A stretch of DNA of 64,000 nt from Trueperaceae bacterium (GCA_965215565.1 CBDCDZ010000004.1:4064001-4128000); one strand, 5' to 3'; positions 22,681 through 33,145 are shown, counted from the first letter of the stretch. Notes: a model not told the origin generated them from the sequence alone. Numbers and translations: made by a program.

Positions 22681-23261
22681 AGGTCCGCAAGACGCCCCCA
22701 TCATCAGCAAGGCTCTACTTCATCACGGGGGGCGCGCGTTCGGGCAAGTCGCGCTACGCAGAGGCGTTGGCAAAGCATCTGGGACAGGACAATATCACGG
22801 TGATTGCCACGCTCGAGCCCTTAGATGACGAGATGGCGCGCCGCGTCGCGAAGCACAAGGCGCGGCGTCCTGCGAATTGGCGAACGCTCGAGGCACCTCT
22901 GGACTTACCGCGAGCTGTTCTACGAGCACCGACGGAGACCGTACTCGCCGACTGCTTATCCGGCTTCGTCTCGAACCTGCTGCTCAAACATGAAGCGGAG
23001 GGGGAAGAGGCGGCGCTCGAGCAGGTCTTGGGGGCGGTCGACGCGCTTATCCGAGCGGTGAAACAGAGCCGAAAAACAGTAATCGTCGTTAGCAACGAGG
23101 TGGGGGGCGGTGTCGTGCCCGCGTACAGGCTTGGGCGCTGGTACCGCGACGCCTTGGGGCTCGCCAATCAGCGCGTCGCGGCGGCGGCGGACGCGGTGAG
23201 CCTGGTGACGGTTGGGCTTCCCAAAAGGTTGAAAGGAGCGTTACCGGAGCTTGCCGAGTAG
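22680..23261 (+). CDS. cobU: Adenosylcobinamide kinase/guanylyltransferase domain (no own start codon seen)
   Basis: ITGGARSGKS, H..RRP..W.T.E, DCL, VSNEVG.G and RD.LG.ANQ motifs. Confidence 0.8.
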   Translation, partial: EVRKTPPSSARLYFITGGARSGKSRYAEALAKHLGQDNITVIATLEPLDDEMARRVAKHKARRPANWRTLEAPLDLPRAVLRAPTETVLADCLSGFVSNLLLKHEAEGEEAALEQVLGAVDALIRAVKQSRKTVIVVSNEVGGGVVPAYRLGRWYRDALGLANQRVAAAADAVSLVTVGLPKRLKGALPELAE

Positions 23262-23333
23262 TCAAGCAGTTTCACCAAGTACAGTAGAAAAGCCTAAAAG
23301 ATGGTGGCAATTTGGAAAACGTAGGGCCTAACC

Positions 23334-23714
23334 TCAGTCCTCACACTCCGCCGTAATACTCGTCCCCCACCGGTACGCCTCCACACACGGCACACCTACG
23401 CGCCGAATGGAAAGCGAATTTTGAACATTTTCCTCTTGATACAAGCGAGCGGAGGCGAGCACCGTCGCGCCTCTTGGAGCCCAGAAGCGAACGGTGTGCG
23501 GATAGCGTGAGGTGACGCCTTCGCCTAAGCGGTCTAGGGGGTTGCCCCTCGAGTAAACAAGCGGTTCGGTAGTCACGAGGTAGCGTCCTTCGAAGGGCGT
23601 GCCGATTTCACCCTCCCAGGTGATGGACTGCGGCACGGGTCCGCCAAACAAAAAATAGAGTGCGCCGATAACGAGAATACTGAATAGAGAGATTATGCCT
23701 AGCATCACTTTCAT
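23334..23714 (-). CDS. Hypothetical membrane-anchored protein (paralog of 23947-24342)
   Basis: N-terminal TM helix; shared GGPV..IT.EG..GTPF.G.Y and C..Y.WG..TA.CE. Confidence 0.75.
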   Translation of the reverse strand: MKVMLGIISLFSILVIGALYFLFGGPVPQSITWEGEIGTPFEGRYLVTTEPLVYSRGNPLDRLGEGVTSRYPHTVRFWAPRGATVLASARLYQEENVQNSLSIRRVGVPCVEAYRWGTSITAECED

Positions 23715-23946
23715 GGCGTCAATGTACCGCGCGCGAAAGAGGTCAACCGTGAGGTTAAGTGCAGATGCTTCTCCTTGCGCTTTTTGTAGTTTGTTTCACA
23801 TACAGCCCGCAAGTTTAGCGCGTCGCTTACAATAGAGCGTGCTAGGGTGAAACGTCCCTACCCGTCCAAGCGCCCTGTGCTGTAAGTTAAAACCGCGCCT
23901 CAGCGTGTCTTGAAACTGGCTAACTTATTTAACTCGAGGAGAACTC

Positions 23947-24342
23947 ATGTCCGCTCTACCCTTTGAAATTCGTATCTTTCACCTCTTTATCGGCGCGTTC
24001 GTGCTCGTCGTGCTGCTCGCGGCGTACTACGTCTTGGGAGGTCCGGTCATTCACGTCATCACCTTTGAGGGAAAAGAGGGAACACCCTTTCAAGGAAGTT
24101 ACGTGGTCTCGCGTCGATCTCAGAGTACGCCCTCAGAAGCGCTCGCGTCGGCTAGAAACAGCATCGAGGGAGAGTATCCCTTTACCGTTTTCACCTGGGC
24201 ATCGAAAGACGCTTACATTTTAGCGGGCGCACGCATCGCCTTAGAACAAAATATGTACAACACCATTACGATTCGCCGCGCCGGGGTGGTGTGTAGCAAG
24301 GGGTATACCTGGGGGCAAGCGGTCACGGCGGCGTGTGAGTAA
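23947..24342 (+). CDS. Hypothetical membrane-anchored protein (paralog of 23334-23714)
   Basis: GAGGAG RBS, N-terminal TM helix, colinear similarity to the divergent neighbour. Confidence 0.75.
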   Translation: MSALPFEIRIFHLFIGAFVLVVLLAAYYVLGGPVIHVITFEGKEGTPFQGSYVVSRRSQSTPSEALASARNSIEGEYPFTVFTWASKDAYILAGARIALEQNMYNTITIRRAGVVCSKGYTWGQAVTAACE

Positions 24343-24344
24343 GA

Positions 24345-24417
24345 AGCAATGAGCTGAAAGCAATGAGCAATGAGTCGAAAGTCTTCGGTTTTCACTCATT
24401 GCTCGTTTCTCATTGCT
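24345..24417. repeat. GCAATGA heptamer inverted-repeat element
   Basis: GCAATGA repeats facing TCATTGC repeats; near-identical inverted copy at the window end. Confidence 0.75.
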
Positions 24418-24667
24418 ACCCCCTCGGCGGGTCCTCCTCCCCCCGGTGCTGGTAGTTGCCAGCGTCGAACTCTTGGGGCGTTAGTTTAACTAATCCGTCG
24501 CCCTCCTCTTGCTCTAAAATCACCATGTCAATCTGCTTGTCCGCCACGCGAAAGCCGCGTCCCACGCCGTCCACGACGATGTCGTTTACAGTGAGGTTAT
24601 CAAAAGTTGCGCTGTACGTGGAGTCGTTTATAACGTCATCTGTAGGGTTGTAGCTCGGATCGTCCAT
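24416..24667 (-). CDS. Hypothetical acidic protein
   Basis: ATG immediately after the TAA of the upstream gene. Confidence 0.55.
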   Translation of the reverse strand: MDDPSYNPTDDVINDSTYSATFDNLTVNDIVVDGVGRGFRVADKQIDMVILEQEEGDGLVKLTPQEFDAGNYQHRGEEDPPRG

Positions 24668-24937
24668 TTACGCTCCTAACAGGGTCACGCGCCCTGCGCT
24701 CATGCCGGCGACGGCGGCGCGCTCGAGCGCCAAGTGCGCCATCTCCGCGACTTTTTCTCCGCCGCTATAGAGTTTGACCTCTTTGAGGTAGAGAATATCG
24801 CCCGCTCGCGGCTCGCCCTCTTGCAAGGCGTAGTCCTCGGGTGAACTGCGCAGCCCTTGGATGAGCAGCCCTTGCACCAAGAGCGTCATCGGCGTGTTCA
24901 TATTTGTATCTACGTCTTTCTCGGTAGCGTCGCTCAT
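24668..24937 (-). CDS. Hypothetical protein
   Basis: ATGA overlap with the fasciclin gene. Confidence 0.6.
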   Translation of the reverse strand: MSDATEKDVDTNMNTPMTLLVQGLLIQGLRSSPEDYALQEGEPRAGDILYLKEVKLYSGGEKVAEMAHLALERAAVAGMSAGRVTLLGA

Positions 24938-25335
24938 ACGGGTAAGAGTACCTGATCGATGACGTGGACTGCGCCGTTGTCCGCCATGAGGTCCGCTTTG
25001 AGGACCGAGGCGCGTCCTACCATGAGATTGTCGGTGTCGCCGCTAACACCGACCTCTTGCCCGTTCAAGGTAGTGAGCGAGCCAGCGTCCAGAGCGCTCG
25101 CCACTGTGACCTCACCTGAAACGGCGTGGTGTTTGAGTAACTCCGTGAGGGCCGCTTGGTCTCTCAAAAGCTCGTTCACCGTGCCTTCGGGCAGCTTGTT
25201 AAAGGCGTCGTCCGAGGGTGCGAAAAAGGTGTAGGGCGCTTCGCCAAGCGTGCCGAAAAGGTCTGCGTCTTTAAGCAAAGCGGAGAGCGTTTTGAAGTTG
25301 TCGTCATTCTGAATAATATCGACAATCGTAGGCAT
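24934..25335 (-). CDS. Fasciclin (FAS1) domain protein without signal peptide
   Basis: TFFAPSDDAF and NGAVHVIDQVL motifs; AAGGAGG RBS. Confidence 0.92.
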   Translation of the reverse strand: MPTIVDIIQNDDNFKTLSALLKDADLFGTLGEAPYTFFAPSDDAFNKLPEGTVNELLRDQAALTELLKHHAVSGEVTVASALDAGSLTTLNGQEVGVSGDTDNLMVGRASVLKADLMADNGAVHVIDQVLLPV

Positions 25336-25424
25336 CGTGACCTCCTTAGTTGTCTTATAACAGATGTGGTTCAGAAAAGATGTGGCGGTGAACGTGCTCT
25401 CCAGAACGTCTTCTGAATCAGGTC

Positions 25425-25461
25425 AAAAAAAGAAGCCGCCTGAACTTCAGGCGGCTTTTCT
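25425..25461 (-). terminator. Intrinsic terminator after tRNA-Pro
   Basis: AAGCCGCCTGAA-c-TTCAGGCGGCTT with adjacent A run. Confidence 0.8.
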
Positions 25462-25463
25462 AA

Positions 25464-25537
25464 TCGGGGTGACAGGATTTGAACCTGCGACCACTTGACC
25501 CCCAGTCAAGTGCGCTACCAGGCTGCGCTACACCCCG
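25464..25537 (-). tRNA. tRNA-Pro(GGG), CCA not encoded
   Basis: CGGGGTG acceptor stem, CTTGA-CTGGGGG-TCAAG anticodon arm, GGTTCAAAT T-loop. Confidence 0.96.
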
Positions 25538-25596
25538 TGGCGCGTCCACTAGTCTACACGCTCCTAAGAGAGCCTGTCAAACCGCTACAATACCTC

Positions 25597-26208
25597 ATGG
25601 CTGAGGGAGACGAATTTCTCGACGTATTGACCGAAGAGGGTGTACCCACCGGGCGGAGCAAACGCCGCGCCGACGTTCATAGAGACGGCGACTGGCACCG
25701 GAGTTTTCACCTGTGGATCGTGAAAGAGGAGCGCTACGTGCTGTTTCAGCGGCGCTCGCAGCGTAAAGACTTAGAGCCTGGCAAAATCGACGTCACGGTG
25801 GGCGGACATTTTTCGGCAGGAGAGACCTTGAAAGAGGTACTTAGAGAGCCCTACGAGGAGTTGGGTTTGGACCTCAGCCCCAGAGATATTTCGCATCTCA
25901 CAACGCGCAAAGCCGAGCGGTTTTATGAGGGCGCGACGGACCGCGAGTTTCAAGAGGTCTACGTGATGCGTTGTGACAAGAGGTTGGAGGAGTACGGGCT
26001 GAACCGCCAAGAGGTCTACGCGCTCTACGAAGTCCCTTTGGAGCGCGCGATCGACCTCTACCGCATAGGCGAGAGCGTGGCGGCGGCGGGGTTCGACGCT
26101 TATGGGCGGGAGAATAACGCGCTGCTCTTCGCGGCTGACCTCATCGAGCAGGCGCGGGAGGACGTGGCAAAGACGCTGGAGGAGATACGCGCTTGGCTAG
26201 AGGGTTGA
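25597..26208 (+). CDS. NUDIX hydrolase (IDI-like)
   Basis: VHRDGDWHRSFH, QRRS..K..PG and GGH..AGE...REPYEELG; TACAAT before the ATG. Confidence 0.85.
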   Translation: MAEGDEFLDVLTEEGVPTGRSKRRADVHRDGDWHRSFHLWIVKEERYVLFQRRSQRKDLEPGKIDVTVGGHFSAGETLKEVLREPYEELGLDLSPRDISHLTTRKAERFYEGATDREFQEVYVMRCDKRLEEYGLNRQEVYALYEVPLERAIDLYRIGESVAAAGFDAYGRENNALLFAADLIEQAREDVAKTLEEIRAWLEG

Positions 26209-27270
26209 GGGGTCTTCGGGCGCAGTGTTTGACCCCTTGGGGCGTAGCAGCGTGCCGCCTAATGCAGGTCCGATGAGGAAGAACACGTAGTAGTTGAAGA
26301 TGCGCCAGACGATGAGTGCAGGCGCGATCTGGGCGGCGTCCGTCTGCAGCTCGAACAGCGACAGCGTCGCGAACTCGGTATAGCCGCTCCCCCCCGGCGT
26401 CGGCACGACGAACGAGGTCACAGACGCTACGAGCACCGTCGCGAGCGTGGGCAAGAGGGCAAGCTCAGCGCCCAAACTCGCCGCGACGACGTAGAAGACC
26501 GCGTAGTTGCTGAGGTGTAGGGGCGCGGTCACGGCGAGTAGGAGGAACTGGACGAGAGGACGCCGTGACGTGAGCGCCGCTGCGTCGGTTAGCTTGTCGA
26601 ACGAGGTGAGTGCGCCCTCTCGCCAGCGCGCCAGGAGGGGCAGGGTGAAAAGCGCCCCTAGCACGGGCTTCAGCCACGCCAAGCGGTAGGCGAGCAGATA
26701 CCAAAACCCGAGAAAGGCGACGCTCAGCGCGAGCGCGGGAAGCAGCAGCGAATCCACCGGAAACCCTATGCTCGTGCTCAGCAGGAGGAGCGCTAGGGGC
26801 ACCGCGCCGCCGAAGAAGAGCAGGTCCAAAATCGCGGTGTAGAGCGTCGCCGCCCACGCTTTAGGCGCGTCCATCCCACCCTGAATGAGCGCGAGCCCCA
26901 TCACGGGCATCTGCCCGCTACCGCCCGGCGTAACGAGGTCGCTGAAGCGCCCGAGCAAGTAGGCGCGGAGCCCCTGCCAGAGGCTTAGGGGCGCACCGCT
27001 CACGTTCGCTAAGACCTTGAGCCGCGCCGCGCCGCACAGAAAGTTGACGAGCACGGAGGCGGCGCTTACGAGAAGCGCCGAAACGGGGACCTCGAGCACG
27101 GCGCGCAGCTCGCCTACGTCGCCTAGCCACAAGAGCGCCGCGCCCAGCCCACCCAAACTCAGCAGCGCGGACAAGGCGAGCGTTCCCGCTAGGCGGATGA
27201 GGGTTCCTTGCGTGGGAGCGCGGGACGCACACGCTTGCGGGGGCGCGTAAAGCGCTCGATGAGGGCGCAC
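26197..27270 (-). CDS. Lysylphosphatidylglycerol synthase TM / flippase-like protein (UPF0104)
   Basis: TPGGSGQ, PTPGGSG..E and WR motifs; start uncertain. Confidence 0.8.
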   Translation of the reverse strand: MRPHRALYAPPQACASRAPTQGTLIRLAGTLALSALLSLGGLGAALLWLGDVGELRAVLEVPVSALLVSAASVLVNFLCGAARLKVLANVSGAPLSLWQGLRAYLLGRFSDLVTPGGSGQMPVMGLALIQGGMDAPKAWAATLYTAILDLLFFGGAVPLALLLLSTSIGFPVDSLLLPALALSVAFLGFWYLLAYRLAWLKPVLGALFTLPLLARWREGALTSFDKLTDAAALTSRRPLVQFLLLAVTAPLHLSNYAVFYVVAASLGAELALLPTLATVLVASVTSFVVPTPGGSGYTEFATLSLFELQTDAAQIAPALIVWRIFNYYVFFLIGPALGGTLLRPKGSNTAPEDPSTL

Positions 27271-28280
27271 GCGGCGGCGTTGCCGGGTTCGAAAGGCTGC
27301 GGCTCAAAGTCGGGCAAGCGGGCGATAAAGGCCTCTATGTCTGCCTCCTCGAGTGTGCGCCCAAAGCAGGCGTGACCGAGTCCGTGTCGCTCGAGCAGCA
27401 GCGCGTTCAAGGTCTGCTCGAAGAAGCTGCGGTTGGGATGAACCAAGAGCGGCTTTCCTAGAAAGAGCGCTTCGCTGATGAGGTTGAAGCCCGCCGTGCA
27501 AATCACCCCGCGACAGCCGGCTAGGTCCGCTTCGAACGTTCCGGCGGAGGGACGCTTGAGCAGCACGTTAGGGGGAACCGAGGGGGGCAGGGGAGCCGAG
27601 CTGTACACGACGAACGGATAGTTGACCCCGCCGAGCACCCTCAGGGTGTCCACGATGTCCTTATGGTTGTAGTAGACCAAGAGGTAGTCGCCCTTGCGGG
27701 GCGTCTTATCGGCGACGGAGGCGCGGATGATGGGAGAGAGGGGCGTGGCGCACTCGGGACGCTTTAGCTCGAGGGGTGAAAAGGTCGGCAGCAGGATGTG
27801 CTCGGGGCTTTTCGGCGCGAGGTAGCGCACCGCCGCCCTCGTCAAGAAAGCCGAGCCGCGGTACCCGGGAGGCAGCGTGTAACGCGCCTCCGTGACCACC
27901 TGCTGGCGGTTTAGAGCGACGATAGGCAGCCCCATAAGCTCGGCGGCGAGCGTCGCGAAGGGTTCGAAGTCGCTGATAAGCAGGTCAGGGTCGTACCTCT
28001 CCAGCGCGTGGACGAGACCAGGCACGTCGAAGCCGAGCGCGAAGGGTTTGAGGTTGTGCAGCACCGTCTTGCCGAAACTGCCCCGGTTGTTGTGGATGAC
28101 CTGCTCCAAAGCAGGCACCTCGACCACACGTTCGCCCCGTCTTTCCAAGGTAGCCTTGACCGCGCCGCCGCAGCAAAACACGACGTTGTGACCGCGTTGC
28201 CGCAATGTTTCTGACACCGCCAGCGCCCTGGACGTGTGACCCCGCCCGCCGCTATTAAAGGCGTAGATAAGCGTCGCCAT
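27189..28280 (-). CDS. Glycosyltransferase (MJ1255/VC2487-like)
   Basis: GRGH.SR, ISDFEP, AGF.L.SEAL and EQ.LNA motifs. Confidence 0.85.
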   Translation of the reverse strand: MATLIYAFNSGGRGHTSRALAVSETLRQRGHNVVFCCGGAVKATLERRGERVVEVPALEQVIHNNRGSFGKTVLHNLKPFALGFDVPGLVHALERYDPDLLISDFEPFATLAAELMGLPIVALNRQQVVTEARYTLPPGYRGSAFLTRAAVRYLAPKSPEHILLPTFSPLELKRPECATPLSPIIRASVADKTPRKGDYLLVYYNHKDIVDTLRVLGGVNYPFVVYSSAPLPPSVPPNVLLKRPSAGTFEADLAGCRGVICTAGFNLISEALFLGKPLLVHPNRSFFEQTLNALLLERHGLGHACFGRTLEEADIEAFIARLPDFEPQPFEPGNAAACALIERFTRPRKRVRPALPRKEPSSA

Positions 28281-28552
28281 TTACCGCCTCACTGCTTGTA
28301 TAGCCACCTGCATAACGGTCCGCATAGTTCCCCCCAAAAGATAAGATAGCAGGAATCAGAGTCGTTCTCGTCGAGGCTCGGAACTGGTCTGAAACACGCT
28401 CACTGTAACAAACAGTGTTTCCTTTTGCTTTGCAAAAACTTCGCAATCGGTTTTCTACCTCTTCCTTATCATTCACGCGATATACACCGAGAACTAGGGA
28501 GCACAGCGCAATTGTGGTGAGCAGGTTGCTCCGTAGAGGATTTGCGCCTATA

Positions 28553-28663
28553 TAGCAAGTATCATTTGGTTTGAGCCAGTCTCACGCTGGAGAACATCAA
28601 CGAGCACGTACATTCTTAAATGATACTTGCGCTATTCCAATTCAGTACTTCTATGAACTGCTT
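28553..28663 (+). mobile_element. TAGC-family MITE
   Basis: TAGCAAGTATCATTTGG...GAACTGCTT flanked by TA; a degenerate fragment also lies near 28383-28447. Confidence 0.82.
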
Positions 28664-28717
28664 TAGAACGAGGCTCGAGCTAAGAGAAGCCGCTACAAAA
28701 ACGCTTGGAATCCGACG

Positions 28718-28746
28718 AAAAGGGGAGAAGGTCAACCCTTCTCCCG
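28718..28746 (-). terminator. Intrinsic terminator after rnj
   Basis: GGGAGAAGG-tcaac-CCTTCTCCC with adjacent A run. Confidence 0.7.
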
Positions 28747-28775
28747 TTCACGCTTAGCACGTGTACTCTTTGAAT

Positions 28776-30455
28776 TTAGCCCTCGATGACAGTCGGCACG
28801 ATCAGCGGGTTGCGCCCCGTCGCCTTGCGCAAGTAGCGCCTGACCGGGTAGAAGATGTCGTCGCGGATGTCAGAGAGGTTGCGCTTTTCGCGCACGCCTT
28901 TTTGCAGGCCTTCTAACGCGATGCGCTCGACCTCACCGTTGAGTTCCTTCTGATTTTGCGCGACGCCCCGACTGATGACCTCGACGGACGGGTTGCGCCC
29001 CGCTAGCGCCATAATGACCACGACGCCTTCGTTCGAGAGCGTTTGCCGGTCGCGAATCACGGGCTCGGTGATCTCCTCGCCCTGCTTGCCCATCGAGTCG
29101 ATGTAGATGATGCCCGAGTCGATCTGCCCGACGCGCTTGAGGTCGTCGCGGGTGAGTTCTAAAATATCCCCGTTCTCAGCGATGAGGCTCTTCTCCGGCG
29201 GGTTCGCCATGCCGTGCGCGAGCTTCTGGTGGTTCGTTTGGTGGCGCACCTCGCCGTGCCAAGGGATGAAGAATTTAGGCCGCGTCAAGTCGAGGATGAG
29301 CTTGAGTTCCTCTTGCGAAGCGTGACCTGAGGCGTGCACCTTGTAAGCGGGCGGATAAAAGACGTTGACGCCCCTCGCGTAAAGCTGATTGATGACGCGT
29401 CCCACCGCCTCTTCGTTGCCGGGAATCGGGTTCGACGACATGATGATGGTGTCACCGGGTTGCAGGTTGATCTTGCGGTGGCTGCCCGAGGCGAGGCGGG
29501 ACAGAGCCGCCATCGGCTGACCCTGCGAACCGGTACAGAGAAAGAGCACCTTGTCGTCGGCGAGGTTTTGCATGTCGTCGGTGCTGACTAGAGGCTGCTT
29601 AACCTCTAAGTAGCCCAACTCTTGCGCGATGCGCGTATTTTTAATCATCGAACGTCCTTCGATGACCACGCGGCGGTCGTACTTCTCGGCGACGCGGATG
29701 AAGTTCTGGAGGCGGTGGACGTGCGATGAGAACGTTGTGACAATCACGCGCCCGCTCGCTTTCGAGACGAGTTCGTCCACCGCGTTCATCACGTCGCGCT
29801 CACTGGGCGTGTAGCCGGGGCGCTCAGCGTTCGTCGAGTCGGAGATGAGCGCCAAAACGCCCTCTTGCCCGGCCTGCGCCAGCTTGTGCAGGTGGCTCGT
29901 CTTGCCGTCGGCAGGGTTGTAGTCGAGCTTGAAGTCGCCCGAGTGGACGATGCGCCCGATGGGGGTGTGGACGATGAGCCCCGAGTTATCAGGAATCGAG
30001 TGCGTCATGCGGAAGAAGTCCACCGTGAAGTACTTGCTGACCTTGATGCGGTCATCCGTGGAGATTTCGCGCAGGTCCACGTCGCTCTCGCGCAGCTTAA
30101 ACTCGTCGAACTTGCCGCGCAGGAGCCCAAGGGTAAGTTTCGCGCCGTACATGGGAATTTTCGGCAGGAGTTTGAGCATGTAGGGCAGCCCGCCGATGTG
30201 GTCTTCGTGTCCGTGGGTCAGGACCCAGCCCTTGATTTTGTGGGCGTTTTCAACCACCCAGTCGATTTTCGGAACGAGGATGTCGACACCCAGCATATCT
30301 GCGTCGGGGAAGGCAAGTCCACCATCAATCATGAGGATTTCGTCCTCGTACTCGAAAGCGAACATGTTCTTGCCGATTTCGCCCATCCCGCCGATAGGGA
30401 TGATGCGCAAGGCCTTTTGGTTGGATTTCTGCTTATTTTTAGTGTTGCGGCTCAT
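28776..30455 (-). CDS. rnj: Ribonuclease J
   Basis: GGMGEIGKN, THGHEDHIG, GSQGQP and HASGH motifs. Confidence 0.96.
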   Translation of the reverse strand: MSRNTKNKQKSNQKALRIIPIGGMGEIGKNMFAFEYEDEILMIDGGLAFPDADMLGVDILVPKIDWVVENAHKIKGWVLTHGHEDHIGGLPYMLKLLPKIPMYGAKLTLGLLRGKFDEFKLRESDVDLREISTDDRIKVSKYFTVDFFRMTHSIPDNSGLIVHTPIGRIVHSGDFKLDYNPADGKTSHLHKLAQAGQEGVLALISDSTNAERPGYTPSERDVMNAVDELVSKASGRVIVTTFSSHVHRLQNFIRVAEKYDRRVVIEGRSMIKNTRIAQELGYLEVKQPLVSTDDMQNLADDKVLFLCTGSQGQPMAALSRLASGSHRKINLQPGDTIIMSSNPIPGNEEAVGRVINQLYARGVNVFYPPAYKVHASGHASQEELKLILDLTRPKFFIPWHGEVRHQTNHQKLAHGMANPPEKSLIAENGDILELTRDDLKRVGQIDSGIIYIDSMGKQGEEITEPVIRDRQTLSNEGVVVIMALAGRNPSVEVISRGVAQNQKELNGEVERIALEGLQKGVREKRNLSDIRDDIFYPVRRYLRKATGRNPLIVPTVIEG

Positions 30456-30636
30456 AAAGCTCCTTTGGTGCCGCACGGTAGGCGCATGCATCTAAAGTTG
30501 TGATGCAGAAAACAAAAGGTTAAGACACGCGCCGAATGCGACCCCTCGTGTGACGCTCGAGGGAAGCGGCAGTGCAGAGGTCTATGTGACCCCTGCCATT
30601 GAATTGAATAGTGCTTGTTGACGCTACTGCTATAAA

Positions 30637-32832
30637 TCAGCGGCGGCTGCGGTCCCCACCTCTTTCGCTACGACCGCCACGGTCACCGCGTCCACCGCCC
30701 CGGTCCTCGCGGCTGCGGCGTGGGGCGATTTTACCCTCGAGTTCCGGCCTTACGAGGTCGAGTTTGCCACGTCCGTCGATGTTGTTGACCTTGACAGTGA
30801 TGGGGTCACCCACCTTGAGGTAGTCCTCGACGTTCTGAACGCGCTCCTCAGCGATCTGTGAGATGTGTAAGAGCCCGTCCGTGCCGGGGAAGATGGTGAT
30901 GAACGCGCCGAAGTCCGTCGTTTTAGCGACTTTGCCCTCGTACGTCGCGCCGACTTCTGCTGTGGCGGTCAAACCTTCGATCTGGCGCTTCGCTTCGTTC
31001 GCGGCGGCGGAATCCTCGCTGTAAATTTTGACGGTGCCGTCTTCGGCGATGTCGATGGAGACGCCCAAGGTTTCAAGCTCGCGTATCTGCTTGCCGCCCG
31101 GTCCGATGACCGCGCCGATCTTCTCCACAGGAATCTGCACGCTGATGATGCGCGGCGCGTTCTGCGAGACCTCGTCGCGGGGCGCAGCCAAGACCTCGTC
31201 CATTAAGCCCAAGATATGGCGGCGTCCGTCTCTAGCTTGGTTGAGCGCCGCGTTCATGATGTCGGCGGTGATGCCCTGAATCTTGATGTCCATCTGCAGG
31301 GCGGTCACGCCGTCGTGCGTGCCCGTGACCTTGAAGTCCATGTCGCCCAAGGCGTCTTCGGAGCCCAAGATGTCCGAGAGAATCTTGTAGTTCTCGCCCT
31401 CTTTGATGAGCCCCATCGCGATGCCCGCGACGGGCTTTTTGATAGGGACGCCCGCGTCCATCAAGGATAAGGTGCTCGCACAGACCGACGCCATCGAGGA
31501 GGAGCCGTTGGACTCCAAGGTCTCGGCGACGGTGCGAATGACGTAAGGAAAGTCCTCTTGTGAGGGGATCATCCGCTCCAAGGAGCGCCGCGCCAAGTTG
31601 CCGTGTCCGAGTTCGCGCCTCGAGGTGCCCCTGAGCCGCTTCGCCTCACCCGTCGAATAGGGTGGGAAGTTGTAGTGGAGCATGAACTCTTCGGACGTTT
31701 CCAGCCCTAAGTCATCCACCAAACGGTTGTCCTTACCCGTGCCGAGCGTCGAAACGCTAAGCACTTGCGTCTCGCCTCTCGTAAAGACCGCCGAGCCGTG
31801 CGCGGCGGGCAACACGCCCGCTTCAATCCAGATCGGGCGAATCTCCTCGGGCGTGCGGTGGTCCGAGCGCTGGTTGTCCTCTAAGACCATGCGGCGCGAC
31901 TCAGACTGCACCGCCTTGCTAAACGCCTCTTTAAGCTCGCCTATACGCTCCGCTGCGCCTTCCGCTTCGGGGTCGGGGACGTGCTTTTCGATGAGCGAGT
32001 TGCGCAGCTCTTTCGTCTTCGCGCCGCGCGCTTTTTTGCCTTGGGTTAAGAGGACCTCTTTAAGTCCCGCGTCACGCGCCTCTTGCGTCATCATCTCGAC
32101 GTCGTCTTGAGAGAGTTCGGAGGCGGGCTCGAACTCCAACTTCTCCTCGCCCACTTCCGCTTTCATCTGCTCGATGAGGTCTAAGACGCCTTGCATCTCG
32201 CGCTGGGCAAACTCGATGGCTCCCACCATCACGTCTTCGGACAACTCATTCGCGCTCGCCTCGACCATCAGCACGGCGTCTTTCGTCGCGGCGACGGTGA
32301 GTTCTAACTCCGACTCTTGGAGCTGCTGTAAGGTCGGATTCAAGACGTACTCGCCGTTGATAAAGCCGACGCTCACGCAGGCGAGAGGTCCGTCCCAGGG
32401 GGTGCTCGAGATGGACAAGGCCGCCGACGCACCAATGGCGGCGATGATGGCGGGGTCGTTCTCCTGGTCCGCCGAGAGAACCGTGATGATGACCTGAACT
32501 TCGTTGCGCAAGCCTTTGGGGAAGAGCGGGCGAATCTGCCTGTCGGTGATGCGAGCGTTCAAAGTCGCCTGATTACCGGGGCGTCCCTCGCGGCGCATAA
32601 ATGAGCCGGGAATCTTGCCGATGGCGTAGTGGCGCTCTTCGTATTCGACGGTCAGCGGCAGAAAGCTCATCGGCGAGGTGCCGCCCGACATCTGCGCGGT
32701 GACGAGCACGACGGTGCCGCCGTAGCGCACCATCACGCTGCCCGAGACGAGCTTGGCGTACTTACCCGTCTCTAGGGTCAGTTCGCGCCCGCCCAAGGTG
32801 GTGCTGTAGGCTTTAGGTTCTGGAATATTCAC
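30637..32832 (-). CDS. pnp: Polyribonucleotide nucleotidyltransferase
   Basis: [15 protein letters not shown] and GDMDFKV motifs; KH and S1 domains. Confidence 0.98.
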   Translation of the reverse strand: MNIPEPKAYSTTLGGRELTLETGKYAKLVSGSVMVRYGGTVVLVTAQMSGGTSPMSFLPLTVEYEERHYAIGKIPGSFMRREGRPGNQATLNARITDRQIRPLFPKGLRNEVQVIITVLSADQENDPAIIAAIGASAALSISSTPWDGPLACVSVGFINGEYVLNPTLQQLQESELELTVAATKDAVLMVEASANELSEDVMVGAIEFAQREMQGVLDLIEQMKAEVGEEKLEFEPASELSQDDVEMMTQEARDAGLKEVLLTQGKKARGAKTKELRNSLIEKHVPDPEAEGAAERIGELKEAFSKAVQSESRRMVLEDNQRSDHRTPEEIRPIWIEAGVLPAAHGSAVFTRGETQVLSVSTLGTGKDNRLVDDLGLETSEEFMLHYNFPPYSTGEAKRLRGTSRRELGHGNLARRSLERMIPSQEDFPYVIRTVAETLESNGSSSMASVCASTLSLMDAGVPIKKPVAGIAMGLIKEGENYKILSDILGSEDALGDMDFKVTGTHDGVTALQMDIKIQGITADIMNAALNQARDGRRHILGLMDEVLAAPRDEVSQNAPRIISVQIPVEKIGAVIGPGGKQIRELETLGVSIDIAEDGTVKIYSEDSAAANEAKRQIEGLTATAEVGATYEGKVAKTTDFGAFITIFPGTDGLLHISQIAEERVQNVEDYLKVGDPITVKVNNIDGRGKLDLVRPELEGKIAPRRSREDRGGGRGDRGGRSERGGDRSRR

Positions 32833-33027
32833 TCTGTCTCCTCTATTACTTGTATATTCGCACGTGTTGGTGTTCCTGATAAGTCCACAAAATAGGGGTG
32901 AAACTGGTAGCTGCGATATACTGCGCTCTTTTCAAGTACAGATTCTTTTAGGAAAGTGACGAGTGACGAGCAATGAGCAAAATTCTTTAACCTACATTGC
33001 CTTTAACGCATCCCTCCACACTCAATA

Positions 33028-33139
33028 TAGCGATTATCAGAAGTACTGAGCTTGAATCACGCAGGTATCATCACAATCAAGTGCGTGCTAGACGATAGTG
33101 TATCTCGTGAGATTGGCTCAAACCAGATGATACCTGCTA
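33028..33139 (-). mobile_element. TAGC-family MITE between rpsO and pnp
   Basis: TA-flanked; perfect internal inverted repeat GCAGGTATCATC / GATGATACCTGC. Confidence 0.85.
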
Positions 33140-33145
33140 TACAAC

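Noticed and set aside
25495..25596. N-terminal extension of the NUDIX ORF
   Set aside because: It is antisense to tRNA-Pro; the ATG at 25597 has a -10 box
29865..30503. Long antisense ORFs over rnj, rpoD, lptA and others
   Set aside because: Expected shadow ORFs of high-GC coding sequence
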